A DNA stretch of 64,000 bases, from contig NC_043000.1 in the NCBI RefSeq assembly GCF_006345805.1, forward strand, positions 163,432,001-163,496,000, read 5' to 3'. This document shows, in pieces, positions 11,879-25,385 of this stretch. The DNA comes from Octopus sinensis (Eukaryota). A program made the position numbers and the translations under genes. Positions within the stretch are counted from its first letter, which is position 1. The number at the start of each line of letters is the position of its first letter. Below the pieces are notes generated by a model. It was not told the origin of the DNA. It worked only from the letters and a program-made list of their open reading frames with translations, and searched no databases.

Positions 11879-14800
11879 TTAAAAAATTTTCACATGATGA
11901 GTGCCTAAACCTAGACTTGGAAGTATACCGTAATACTACCGGCTATTTGGTAATTCTAAGGGTGAACGAGCTCTACTTTGGACTTTAATACGTTCCCAAC
12001 GGGAATACACCTTAAATTATATATTAGTATGTCTACATAAAAGGCGAGATTGTCTTTTGAAGACAGGTCTGCTTTAACAGGTACAGACTAAAATTATAAA
12101 TCATTCCTGTTGATGTACTAATTAGTGTAGTGAAATAAAGTGTTGTCCAAAGATAGCCTCGGGAACTACTGTATCAGACTCTCATTAAATAAAGTTAAGT
12201 ACAAGTAATCAAATTCAATGTGGTGAATGGGAAATATTTTTAATCGATTGATGTATTGATCCCGCTTCGTCGAGGAAGCCTGATAAGACATAAATGTACT
12301 CGAAGTTGTCACTATTCATACCTGCATATATCCATATAGTATTTTACTCATTTGAAATTTGAGGACTTCTATCTATTACACTCATGGGAACAAGTTTTCA
12401 TTAATGTTAATGAGTGTCCTTCACATTATGAATTAAATAGAGTAGCAGGTGCTTAACTATTTGTTTTTCAGGCAGAACAAATCTTTCGAAAATTTTACCA
12501 CGTAACTTTCAAACTGACTAATTACTGAGTCATTTATGCATCAAAAGAATATTTCCCGGTTATTCTACGGTTTTGTTAGCTATGTGTTGACTATGATTTG
12601 CATATAAAAAAACTTATATCCAGTGTTGTGTAATCACCCTAGTTTCTAGACATCGAAATCACTCTTCACTTACATATCTACATTTAATTTTCCAATCCAT
12701 ATGAAATTGATCAATTTTTAATTTCACTTGGAATTTTCAAGTTCTCCTTCTTGCCCTCCTAACACTAATGATATTCATTTTATTAATGTTATAGTTTTAA
12801 TGGGTTAACTACTATCTCCAGTTGGCTGTATTAAGTATGGTATCCTGCACTAAACTATGCACAAAAGGTATGCTTGCAAAAACTTTCAATGTTCAAAAGC
12901 AAGCGCGCACAAAATATTCACTTTTTCAGATGAATAAAAAAAAAACATTTATATATAAATCTGTGTCCATTTAATGGGAAACGGAACTGACAACACTTCA
13001 GTAAGATTCTCTGTTTGGAATAGTAATATGTTACAATAACGAATTGAAAATATGCTTTGCTCTTTAGAACTGAAATAAACAGCTCATCACATGGGATTTT
13101 GACACACTCAACGAAACGCAGGCTATAATGCCGAAATGCAAACACAAGCAAAAATATCTCCTACAAATACACTTCAAACTGTATACAATCTAGAATCCCG
13201 GCTACTGCTAAAACATTCTTGGCAAAAGTATTTTTTATTACAGTAATTTTCACCCGGCAGCCATACACAACCAGCAGAGACCAACGTAATTAAGAGGTAC
13301 TGTTATGGTGCAGTTTATTCGGGAATCCCACGTTGAAGTACTGTATGATATTCGAATTATTATGTAAGACTGTGCTATCATACATAACCGAAGCTTAAAA
13401 GAGAAGTAAAATAATTGAAGAATCAAATAAATCGGTAATGGTTAACTGTAAGAATTCCAATTTTTATTATCATCGCTTGTTTTTTATTTATTTTTTTAGT
13501 TTTTTATTTTTCAAAATGAGTTATTTTACTTCGTTGTGTTTTGAAGATTCAAATAAATCAGAACCGTTTTGAGTAGCCCCAAGTATATTTGCTTTTCGTG
13601 TATGATATGAGTGTGTGTGCATGCGCGTGTGTGCGCGCGTGCATGCGCGCATGCATGCGCGTGTGTTCGTGCGCGTGTGTGCGTGTGTGTGTGTGTGTTC
13701 TGAACGCTGGAATTTGGTGAGGAATGAGGTCACCCTTGTAGAGACTCTCGACCAATTACGAGAGGTTATGTTTGGCAGAAAACTGATGGAAAAACCTCTA
13801 CAATTCTAATTGAAGCATGAAGGGCGAATTGATTCACATCATCAACAACAACAAAAACAACTACTACTACTACTATTACTACTACTACAACTACTATAAC
13901 TCCTACTACTATTACTAAGTTCATCTCCATTATCACCGCCATTACTGCTACCATAATCGCAAGTGTTATGGTTACACACAAACATCATCACTACCACCAA
14001 CACTATTTTCTCCATCAACATCACTTCGACTTCTTCCAAGGTGATCTTCACACCTCTACCGCCAATTCCACAACCGTCGCTAGTATTAACATCATGTTAA
14101 TGCTTCCTTTAGAAGCTGTCTTTTTTGCGTAGTTTGCAATCGTGGTTTTTCGTCCTTTTTTACATACACCATCATTATAACTGATTTATGGCTGCTAACA
14201 ACATCACAGCCACACTAACACCACTACATTATTATTTTTAAACAATAACACCAGCCAGCCATGATAGTTCCATCACTACTATTCCCGTTTTCACCATTAG
14301 TATCGCGTTGTTCCCATTACCATTTTCACTTCTTTGGCAATTTCTATGCCCTAAGCATCACTAAAGGTATGACTTAACAGTTGTTTGAATGACAGTTGAT
14401 GGACAGACACAGTCTGACGGACAGACAGATAAACAGATAGAATATCTTCTATATTTGCTCCGACATTCTGAGTTGTGAGTTCAAATTCCACCGAGGCTAA
14501 ATTTGCCTTTCATTTCTGTGAGGGTTCGATGGAAAATAAAATACTGATTTAGAGCGATGAATTAGCAAAAGGTTGGTAAAGGTGTTTTTCGGTATTTGTT
14601 CTGGTATTGTGCATTCCTTTGTATAAACATCGGTAGCGTGGAGAAAAGAAGACTTGCGAACATACGCAACTCCCAAGCTGCACTCTTAAAATCATGTCTA
14701 AACCTGAATATACATAAACAGATGCATAGTCACCCTTGCCCGAAGGAGAATATCAATAATTAATTTTTTAAAAAAACTACTCTAATAGTTATTTATTTAA

Positions 14801-14949
14801 AAAGAAACTTGCCCCGATATTTTGTCGGTCATACTTGTCTTCTATTTGTATAATTCCTTGGGACTGTTCTATTCATTATTAAACAGCTTCCTTTTAGAAC
14901 GCCTCTCTCTCGAGATGTTAGTCGTTGAAAATAGACATACATTTATATA

Positions 14950-15710
14950 AAAACTGAAAATTTCAGGCAAATCTTTAGTAGTTGAAATAAAAAGTGATCC
15001 AATTTTCACTTTCATCTTCTTAAACATGATGCAGTTTTATTTCCAAATGGTTCTCGTAAACTTCTTCACCGTGTAATTAAAGCATCTTTATAGCATCATT
15101 CTCATTAATTTCATTAAATCCAGCCTACTATTTTAAAGGAAGACTTAATGAACATTTTATACTGGTTCATCGAAATCCATGGGCGTCCCCATATTGTCTG
15201 GATTAATTTTACTCTAGACAAAAACACTGTGGCCATTTTTCCTCTTCTCATTATGCCGCCAACAACTTGTTAATAGCACTCACAATAGCATTATGCCAAA
15301 ATTCCTTGGCAGTAGGTTTATATCATCATCTAAAAATGTAATTACAAAGTAGATTTTGAATGCAGATATTATCCCCTAGTTCATAATCAAACTGGTGTGT
15401 TTCGACGTGAAAAAATGACTCGAAAATTACATTTCTGTCAAATCATGCAGGTTTGGTGGGTGGAATAACCTGAAGCATTATTCTCAAAGAGCAAAGCGTT
15501 AATTCTAAGGTTTTTAATCAGAAACGAGAAGTAAATCAAATGTGAAATACTGTTCGGATCATCTGGCCTTTATACTTGAGCGTCATTTATTTCAAAGATG
15601 ACATTCAGAGTAGCTTTTTAGTGCTACCAGAGTCTCAGAAAGATTAAAGGAGCCGATGATTTGAGTTTTAGATCACCTAAAGTATTATCAGCATATAGAG
15701 AGACTTATTC
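14950..15710 (-). pseudogene. Degenerate Tigger/pogo-family transposase remnant
   Basis: Minus-strand fragments N.LGDLKLK..., ALL..NNASG...PP.L, NTTSLI..MN*GIISAFK.Y match the Tigger DDE motifs GDxKLKP, LLxxDNAPGH and PPNTTSLIQPMDQGVIxxFK. Confidence 0.65.
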
Positions 15711-16041
15711 TATTTATGGTAGTCTTAAATCTTGGTGCAATGTTTTACTTTTTGTTTTGTGTGCATGTGTGTATGTGTTTGCATGAGTATGTGGGGAGGG
15801 TAGTTTTGTTTGTAATGGAAGTTACTTTTTGGCATCCAAATCGAAAACCTATCTGTATTATGTAATTTTTTTTACTTCAACTAATAATTTTCAGTGAAGA
15901 TGAGTAAACGAAACAAAAACAGGTGTTGTTTTTCATAGCCACTTGCAGAATTCCTGATTATCGCCATATTATGAAAGTTTCTGCTATGGATTACACTGCT
16001 ATTACATTGTCTACAAATGTTCAATATACAACTAAAATCTT

Positions 16042-16124
<83 letters not shown>

Positions 16125-16181
16125 GTGTGTGTGTGTGTGTGTGTCTGTATCTGTCTGTCTGTATACATATATATATATATG

Positions 16182-16389
16182 TGACCGCGTGTGTACCGTT
16201 GGCGGTTTTTTTCCCCCTCTGTCTTCCCTTCTCTGGATCTTTCTTTTTCCTATGTTTCTGACGAAGAGCTCCGCTCGAAACGTTAAACCCTCCTTCTTTC
16301 CTTCCTTCCTGAGCGTCCAATAATACTATATTTGTTCCACGTCCTCGAGTTGTTGTGTTTTCTCTTTATGTTTTCATGTTTGGAATAAC
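16182..16389 (+). mobile_element. ~200-bp hammerhead-bearing element, copy 3 (intact core)
   Basis: Homologous to copies 1, 2, 4 and 5; between (TA)n tracts. Confidence 0.9.
16254..16288 (+). ncRNA. Minimal type I hammerhead ribozyme motif
   Basis: gttt CTGACGA a gagc-tcc-gctc GAAA cg TT aaac: stem I gttt/aaac, stem II gagc/gctc, palindromic loopless stem III (AACGTT), GUU triplet. Confidence 0.8.
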
Positions 16390-16423
<34 letters not shown>

Positions 16424-16660
16424 ATATAATATATATGTGTGTGTGTGTGTGTGTTGTGTGTGTGTATGTATATGTATGTATGTATTTCCAAGAGAGTTAG
16501 AGGTTGTGGATCCAACCAACTAAGGGATAATATCTATCCAATATACTACTGGTAGAATACCCAATTATTAATACACAAATGTTTTTTCATTGCATAGCAA
16601 CTACACTACTGAATGTAATCAATGGGTGAGGGTAAAAAGTTGTTTTATCCCTAATTTATA

Positions 16661-17078
16661 CGGCAATAAGAAAATGGAGGGGATCAAGAGGTGGTGTTCA
16701 TCAACTTTTAGACATTATATTATGTCTATTTATTTAATTTTTGAAAAAACAATTATAACAATATACATACATGTGTAACATATTATGATTTACATATATA
16801 AAAATACCAGTAACTACTAAAATGTATAACGTAGAATATAGAAAGTAGAGAATAGAATATAGAAAGTAGAATATTCTATTCAACTTTCTAAGGTCTACAT
16901 TACATATATTAATAATTACTGATATTTTTATATATGTAAAACATAATATGTTATACATGTATGTATATTGTTATAATTGTTTTTTTAAAAATTATATAAA
17001 TTATATAAGGAAACATAATATAAGGTCTAAAAGTTGATGAATACCACCTCTTGATCCCTTCCATTTTCTTATTGCCGC
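16661..17078. repeat. Long imperfect inverted repeat (~165-bp arms) in an element (~16485-17080) bounded by microsatellites
   Basis: cggcaataagaaaatggaggggatcaagaggtggtgttcatcaactttt... pairs with ...aaaagttgatgaataccacctcttgatcccttccattttcttattgccg. Confidence 0.9.
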
Positions 17079-17170
17079 TAATATATATATTATAATATAT
17101 TATATATATATATTATATATATTATATATATATATATCTATATAGATATATCTAATATAGTATATATATG

Positions 17171-17235
<65 letters not shown>

Positions 17236-17391
17236 CATTCGTCATGATCGCTAGCCACTAAACCTTTTTAATTTTCTCTCCCTGTTTATTTCTGTGTTTC
17301 TTTCTGTCGAAGAGCATAGGCTCGAAACGTAAAAGACTTTCTCACTTCCCGAGCGTTAAACTAATACATCTTTGTTGTTTACACACCCGTC
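17236..17391 (+). mobile_element. Sister family of the 200-bp hammerhead element
   Basis: 17299-17336: tcttt CTGTCGA a gagc atag gctc GAAA cg TA aaaga; same architecture and downstream gagcg...taatac motif; flanked by (TA)n. Confidence 0.75.
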
Positions 17392-18768
17392 TATATATAT
17401 GCGACCACAAACTCGATCCCTCACGATCATTTGGCGAGTATCAACATACACCTATAATGTTTCTATAACCGATTAGGTTGTATCTCCACGCTCAAAAATT
17501 ATTTAGCTCTGATCATTTGTTCAAGTAAATTATTGTTACTACATACATACATACATACATACGTACATACATACGTACGTACATACATCCATACATACAT
17601 ACATACATACATACATACATACATACATACATACATACATACATACATACATACATACATACATACGTACGTACATGATGGTTGCAAACTGGTGTTCGAG
17701 TATTGCCATCGCCTGATCGAAAGTTTCACACCTGCGAAGGCTTCGACCCGCCATTTTTGTGCCAGATCTTAATCTTTTCAAGCGATGCCTGTCCATGATG
17801 ATTTTTTTTTATAGTGGGGAAAGTATTTGCACAAATCCAATTCCAACTCGAAAAGAAGAACTAGTCTGCATCATCGAATATTGTCAGTCGCAGGTTTTCT
17901 CTCAGAGTTTCCCTCTCCTAGAGAAATGTGATAAGAACAGAGGGGCCTCCCACTTCCGGTATGCCAACCTCGCGTCTGGACACCAACCCACGTATTTCGA
18001 CGTCTCCGCGCATATATATATATGCATTACATACACGCAGTCATGTATGTATGTATGTATGTATGTATGTATGTATGTATGTATGTATGTATGTATGTAT
18101 GTATGTATGTATGTATGGATGGATGGATGGATGGATGGATGGAGGATGGATGGATGCATGCATTACGTTTTAATTATTTCATTTCTCTAATATTATTGAG
18201 ATATGATAGTAATTTTCATAATGATAATAAAAACGTTTCTTTAAGCCATGAAGTCACAAATTAAGTTGGCGTGTTGGAAAGAAGAAAGTGTTGATTATGC
18301 TGACTAAGTACCTAACTCGTATTTATTTTACCTACCCTGGGACGACTTTAGCTATAATATTAAGTACATCACTTTTCCTTTCATCCCCAGTGTTCCAACT
18401 GCGTGTTTTGTGAAATCTTTCTTTTGATATACTGTAATTGCATATTTAAGTAACCATTAAATATTCAGACATTATAAGTACCAGTTTGGGACACGGAAGA
18501 CGAACAGGTTCATGTTATGATCTTGAAGTTTAATATCATTTTACGTTGAAAAGCCTAGTAGTTTTTTTCACTCATAATTAAAAAAATTAAATGTACTAAA
18601 AACTTATTTATCTGGATGTTCCCTGCTGAACAGGGGCGACTCGTATAAACTCGTATATACTGTTCATTGCAGTACATTTCATCAGAAATGTTTCATGCTC
18701 TTTTTCTTTTTTGTCACCATCTACTTTTAATTATAACCAAGATATAGAAGCCCAACTAGTTTTATGCA

Positions 18769-18803
<35 letters not shown>

Positions 18804-18965
18804 AAATATGCTGGCAAAATGTCTGGGAAGGAGAAATCAAGTTTCTTTATATATGAGTACATATTTCTATGTATTTAATATTTATAATTGCATATAACAT
18901 AAAATGAAAATTATTTCACCCCAACCATCACCACCACCACCACCACCACCGCCGCCACCACCACT

Positions 18966-19024
<59 letters not shown>

Positions 19025-19987
19025 CAGTTATTACCACAACTACAACTGCATACATATATGCATACATACATACACACGCAAACATGCATAAATGTACATA
19101 CATACATACATACTTACTGACATACCAAACAGACAGTTTACCACGCAGACATGGTGTTGAAGCCAGTCAGCTCAAAATAAGAGATCATTCTGTTTTTCGA
19201 ATACTATTCCCCTTGAGTGGTAAAAATATGGCCCTTTTCTTTAAGTGGGAAGACATGCCTGTTTAGAGAAGAAATCAATCTACAACGTACATCATGGAAA
19301 GACAAAGAATCGGGAACCAGCAGAACTAACAAGAGAAATTCCAGTGGATTTTTAATTGATTCAAAGCTTGTACCAAATCTACAAAAAGCTAAGGAAGATC
19401 TCTTGATCAAAGGATATTAGGACCTAAAATATTCCATTTAACTGTATTTCAGAGTAAGCAGTTTCGTCAAATATACTAGTATAGTCACTATTGTTATTAC
19501 TTAGATTTAACAGACAGTATGCTACAATCTACCTAGATGTAAGGCTAGAACTAAGACTGAACTCGAGTTCTTGGAGGAAGAGTATACTTCTATAATTCAT
19601 ATGCGACAGATGGTCATGCTGAGTTATTAAAAATCTGCACAGTATTCCTCAAAATTTCAAAGTTGACTGTTCCACGAATGATGATGAGAATAAGAAACCC
19701 TTTCCCCCGCTAAACACATAAATATGTCTTCAGTGTAGAAACTTTCCACTGAGCAGGTGAAGGGGGTCAGAGAAATTTCAAAACTCCAATAAGTAAGAGA
19801 AAACGTGCATCCGTATCACACATCCATTCATTGTTGCCACCTTAGTTGCAACGTGGTTTGTTACTTTGCTAGAAGTCAATTCTCTAATAGGAAGAATTCA
19901 AATAAAGAAAATATATATATACGTGTGTGTGTACGTTTGCTTGTACGTATTATGTAGTATGTATTATTTACATACATAATACATACA

Positions 19988-20020
<33 letters not shown>

Positions 20021-20793
20021 CATACATACATACATACATACATGCATATATACATGCATACATACATGCATTCAAGCATGCCTGCATACATATATTAATT
20101 CACATGCATATTTATATAGAGAAATATTCTTATGGCCCGTGTGACGTTAACACAATACTCAGGCCGAATCAGCGTAACACAATATATGATATGGACTGTT
20201 ATTTGATTTTCAAGTGCAAAATAGAGAGAGAGAGAGAGAGAGCAATATCGACTTACCCCACCATTCCAGCACTGGAATGGCATTAACTTTTTCTCAATGA
20301 CCCCAAATGGATGAATGTGAAAGTTAACTTCGGCGTCATATGAACACAGTGGGCAGACAACCGGAAGAAATACTATAAAGCATTATAGACGTTGTAACGA
20401 ATTCGTAAGTTCGCTCTCTTATCTTGTTATACATACATTATAAATGAATTAGCAGCAAGTATTGTCAATACAAAGTAATAATGGACATTCTAATCACCAG
20501 TCAGTAGAAAAACAAGCTGAGAAGATTATATACGATTCAACTTCTGTCTCAAATTGGTACTTAAAATGTCTAATATCTATTTTTGTATACATTTTAAAGT
20601 AATTATATACTTAAACGTATGTATTAATTAATTCTTAATGAATTAATGAATTAATTAATTATGCATGTCACATCGGTTATTGGATTGTATTTCTGACATT
20701 CTTTTTACCCCTAGTTGATTGAGATGGTCATAAACGATTATTTCCTATATGAACATATATTATCTATCTATCTATCTATCCATCCATCCATCC

Positions 20794-20890
<97 letters not shown>

Positions 20891-21313
20891 CCTATCTATC
20901 TATCTATTTACCTATCTATCCTTCTATATACATGTCTGTCTGTCTACAAATATGTATATTTATCTCTTCTCGGTGATCACATTAACAGTTTTCGTTCAAC
21001 CAAATTCACTAGGGATGCGCTGTCTTGCACCAATTACCAGTAGTTTCATGCCCTACTGAAAATCAGCGAAAGTAATATTGTTGTCTTTCACATCATCAAC
21101 ATATTTGACTCTGCGTGGCATGAGAATCACTTAGCTAAGTTCCAACCTTTAGTTTCAATCAATCTCTCATCTTTTAAATTGAAAATCCCTCCTCATACTT
21201 AGTATATTCAAAAATACTCCGTTACTTGCCTCGGTATTGTATTTGCCTCGGTTCACCTAACTGTTCTTAAGAACTTTTATCTTTCAAATATAAGGTATCT
21301 TGAACATGGGTAT

Positions 21314-21518
21314 CTCTTACTCTTTACTCTTTACTCTTTTACTTGTTTCAGTCATTTGACTGTGGCCATGCTGGAGCACCGCCTTTAGTTGAGAAAATCG
21401 ACCCCAGGACTTATTCTATGTAAGGACTTATTCTCTTTTGCCGAACCGCTAAGTTACGAGGACGTAAATACACCAGCATTGGTTGTCAAGCGATGTTGGG
21501 GGGACAAACACAGACACA

Positions 21519-21554
<36 letters not shown>

Positions 21555-21792
21555 ATATATATATATATTCTCTTTACTTTTTAACTCTTTTACTTGTTTC
21601 AGTCATTTGACTGTGGCCATGCTGGAGGCACCGCCTTTAGTTGAGAAAATCGACCCCAGGACTTATTCTATGTAAGGACTTATTCTCTTTTGCCGAACCG
21701 CTAAGTTACGAGGACGTAAATACACCAGCATTGGTTGTCAAGCGATGTTGGGGGGCACACAAACACAGACACACACAACACACACACACACA

Positions 21793-21830
<38 letters not shown>
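21314..21830 (-). mobile_element. Two near-identical tandem 3' halves of SINE family B (252-bp period)
   Basis: ORF offsets 21389/21641; units separated by (CA)n(TA)n. Confidence 0.9.
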
Positions 21831-21832
<2 letters not shown>

Positions 21833-22067
21833 CTCTTTACTTTTTAACTCTTTTACTTGTTTCAGTCATTTGACTGTAACCATGCTGGAGCACCGCCTTT
21901 AGTCAAGCAAATCGACCCCGGGACTTATTCTTTGTAAGCCCAGTACTTATTCTATCGGTCTCTTTGGAGACCGGTAAGTAACGGGGACGTAAACACACCA
22001 GCATCGGTTGTCAAGCAATGCTAGGGGGAAGACACAGACACACAAACACGTACACACGCACATATAT

Positions 22068-22110
<43 letters not shown>

Positions 22111-22119
22111 ATATATATA

Positions 22120-22165
<46 letters not shown>

Positions 22166-22211
22166 ATATATGTATATATATATATATATTATATATACAT
22201 ACATATATATA

Positions 22212-22301
<90 letters not shown>

Positions 22302-22303
<2 letters not shown>

Positions 22304-23098
22304 AGAAAAATTCTCCCAGACAATGTTTACTCACACGAAGATTGGAGGTTAAAAATTATCTGGAGAATTTTTCTTAAAGTAGTGGAAATGGCCTAAAAAA
22401 ATTTGGGCTGCTATTTCTAGAAAGTTCAGTATGTAGCAAAGTAATTTATTTTACTTAGCCCTAATTATATAATGTAATATTTTGAATACGCCTTAAATGG
22501 TCCTTTTACATACTGAACACTACTTGGTGAAATTGATTAATAACTAATTAATTTTACCCTCAATTATTGATATTATAATTCCTTTCTCCTTGTTCTGTTA
22601 CTACGGTTCTCATCGTTATAGTATGTTTACTAGATAACTCACGTCGGTGGAAGAGGAAAAATTATGAATTTGCTAGTACTGGCAGTTTGAGGGTGTTTGT
22701 CTGAGGTGATACATTGCCGGACGGGTATGTTCATTCTTTTAGTGCTTTCAAATCCAAAATTAAGAAATTTTTGAGCTGACGAAGGAAATGCTGAGTTTTA
22801 TTTCGGCTAATCTAGAAACGTGACGTTCTCAAATGATCTTTGTACTTGTGATATTTTACTGTTTTACCTCCATATCTTCGTGAGTTATTTTTGAGTAAAC
22901 ATTATCTGGGAGAATTTTTCTTAAAGTAGTGGAAATGGCTGCTATTTCTAGAAAGTTCAGTATGTGGCAAAGTAATTTATTTTACTAAGCCCTAATTATA
23001 TAATGTAATATTTTGAATACGCCTTAAATGGTCCTTTTACATTCTGAACACTACTTGGTGAAATTGATTAATAACTAATTAATTTTGCCCTCAATTAT

Positions 23099-23101
<3 letters not shown>
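22302..23101 (+). mobile_element. Non-coding PLE-type insertion: short inverted piece, direct terminal redundancy and hammerhead
   Basis: 22302-22354 is the reverse complement of ~22862-22923; ~22355-22572 is directly repeated at ~22901-23102; both ends lie in (TA)n. Confidence 0.85.
22770..22833 (+). ncRNA. Type I hammerhead ribozyme motif
   Basis: tttgag CTGACGA ...gctgag/ttcggc... GAAA cgt g acg TT ctcaaa: 6-bp stem I, palindromic stem III with a 1-nt loop, GUU triplet. Confidence 0.8.
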
Positions 23102-23129
<28 letters not shown>

Positions 23130-23414
23130 CGACGGGCTTTCAGTTTCCGTCAACCAAATCCACTCACAAGGCTTTGGTCGGCCCGAGGCTATAATAGAAG
23201 GCACTTGCCTAAGGTGCCACGCAGTTGGACTGAACCCGGAACCATGTAATTGGTAAGCAAGCTCACGCAGCTACTCCTGTGGTTAAACTGATGTACAAAC
23301 ACTTTAAAAAAAGATCTTGCTGTGGTTTACAGGTCATTTATTGTATTACTAATTAGAAATATGATCCTTATGAACAGTATACTGCTACGCATCAGAGCAT
23401 CTCTCTCTCTCTCT

Positions 23415-23417
23415 CTC

Positions 23418-23454
<37 letters not shown>

Positions 23455-23750
23455 GAGAATGTGTGTCTGTCTGTGTTGATCCCTAAAACTTGGCAACTAC
23501 ACAACCAATTTCATTCAGATTTTACACATGCCTTACTTAGGCTCCATGTAGTGTCATAGGCCAAAATAACTTTTAGCTTCTTGCCTAGTGCAAGTCCAGA
23601 GCAATATTATATCTCCTCCACTATTTCAGTATTACCTGTCAAAAGTGAAACAATAACATCTCCCTATTGTAATGTCAGGTATTTTCATTTTAATAGTTTC
23701 TCTCCAATACTGAAAGTATTAAAGTGAAACTTCTATCTCACATATAAACA
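23415..23750 (+). mobile_element. Probable non-autonomous Helitron 5' fragment
   Basis: tctatata...gtctgtctg...aactacacaaccaatttcattcagattt resembles the 5' end of the Helitron at 26660; no 3' CTAG end identified. Confidence 0.4.
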
Positions 23751-24170
23751 GGCATACATACATATACATACATATATAAAAATATATATATATATTATAT
23801 ATATATATATATATTATATATATATATAAGAACCAAATCATAACAGACATCTACCACAAACCTACAGACTCACAACAATACCTCCTCTTTAGTTCATGCC
23901 ACCCAAAACATTGTCTCGGATCCAAAAACACGAGAAATACGCCTTCAAGACTGCAAAAAAACACTATTACAACGCCAATATCCCTCCACCCTTATAGAGT
24001 ATGGAATAAAACGCGCCAAAGAACTAGACAACATTACACTGAAAACCACCCAACCTAACACCACACACAACCCCAAAATACTTCCATACATTTCCACCCA
24101 CAACCCCAAAAATATCGAAGCATACACCACAATCATACAAAACCTCAGTCTACTGTCAACAGACCCAAAA

Positions 24171-24695
24171 ATGAAAAACATTATAAATACACACAAAATC
24201 CTCAAATGTAAAAGGCAACACAAATCTTTAAAAAAACTCTTGACAAATGCCAAACTTCACACACCACATCCACCCCCAGCAGTAAAAAAATGTGCATGCC
24301 CAAACTGTGGCACCTGCCCCTTCCTACTTGAAGGCTCTGAATTTACCTTCAAACAAGGAACGAAGTTTAAAATCAAGACTAACTTCTCCTGTTCCTCCGA
24401 GAACCTTATCTACGTTCTCACATGCGCTGGTTGCCAACATAATTATGTTGGACAAACGAGTCTCCCGTTACGTAAACGAGTAACGGTGCATAAAGAACAA
24501 ATAAATCTCCCGGAATACCGACAAATTCCACTGAGTGACCACATAGACTCATGCGCTAAAGACTTAAATCCCAAATTCTACATATTCCCCTTCTACCAAT
24601 GTAAAGACGGGATCACCACACAGGAGAGAATTAACAAGGAGAATCTCTTTATTGAAAAATTCCAAACACAACTTAATATGCAAACTCCTCGTTGA
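24171..24695 (+). pseudogene. PLE GIY-YIG endonuclease domain with CxxxxCxxC zinc motif (truncated ORF)
   Basis: CACPNCGTC...FSCSSENLIYVLTCAGCQHNYVGQT..LRKRVTVH...H...R..KE..FI.KF...LN. Confidence 0.9.
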
Positions 24696-25343
24696 TCATA
24701 CTTCCTTTTTCTACCTCATTCTTCATGGATGGACTAACACAAATATATAAGGATACCATGCATTCATCACTTCAAGCTAAAACTTATATTCTTTAAATAT
24801 CATTTTTACTATTGTTGTTATTACTATCATTTTTATTATATATGACATAACAATCTGAAATGTAATTATAAATTGGTCTATGCAAATTTATATAATTAGA
24901 AAATAATATAAATAAAGTGTTAAAATCTGAATGTTAAATTAACAAACAATTATATAAAAAAGATAATGCAAATGAAGCTAAAATGATAATTCTATAATTT
25001 AAGGTTTATTAACAACCTTTATTACAAAAAATTGATAAACACAAATTGAAGAACTCAAAAGAGTTGTCTTCCCTTATTCACAACACAGGAACTGAAGAAC
25101 TACAATTACTACTACTTCCTGTTTTGCCAACATCTTTAATTAAACTAAACAACACATGGTTTTAATCCTAATACTTCAAGGTAATTTTTTCGTGAACAAT
25201 CATTAAACTCAAGATACACAAAGAATTCACAATGTATCGGAGTACTTATTTTTAAATTTTTGTACATATTTCTTATTATTCTTTTGCAAAAAACAATGCA
25301 ATTTTCTTTTTTCCCCTTTCTCACTTTTAAAAAAATTTTTTAC

Positions 25344-25385
25344 AATTCTTGAAAAGTCACAGTATGACGAAAATCGGTTTGAATT
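25344..25385 (+). ncRNA. Type I hammerhead motif, U3-A8 variant
   Basis: aattc TTGAAAA gtca cagta tgac GAAA atcggt TT gaatt: perfect stems I and II. Confidence 0.75.

Larger units (their letters stand above)
21832..23280 (-). mobile_element. SINE family B split by a PLE insertion into its internal microsatellite
   Basis: 3' half 21832-22045 and 5' half 23130-23280 match the full copy at 33038-33480. Confidence 0.85.

Noticed and set aside
12275-12320. CTGATAA...GAAG hammerhead-like string (a similar weak hit lies near 55275-55320)
   Set aside because: Both the core and the stems are poor; not counted.
21314-22045. Regularly spaced repeats suggestive of a CRISPR-like array
   Set aside because: Tandem SINE 3' halves in eukaryotic DNA; no unique spacers and no cas genes.
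23829-24300. A/C-rich strand as a second hyperediting candidate
   Set aside because: TT and TA dinucleotides persist, and A/C skew is normal for PLE coding strands.
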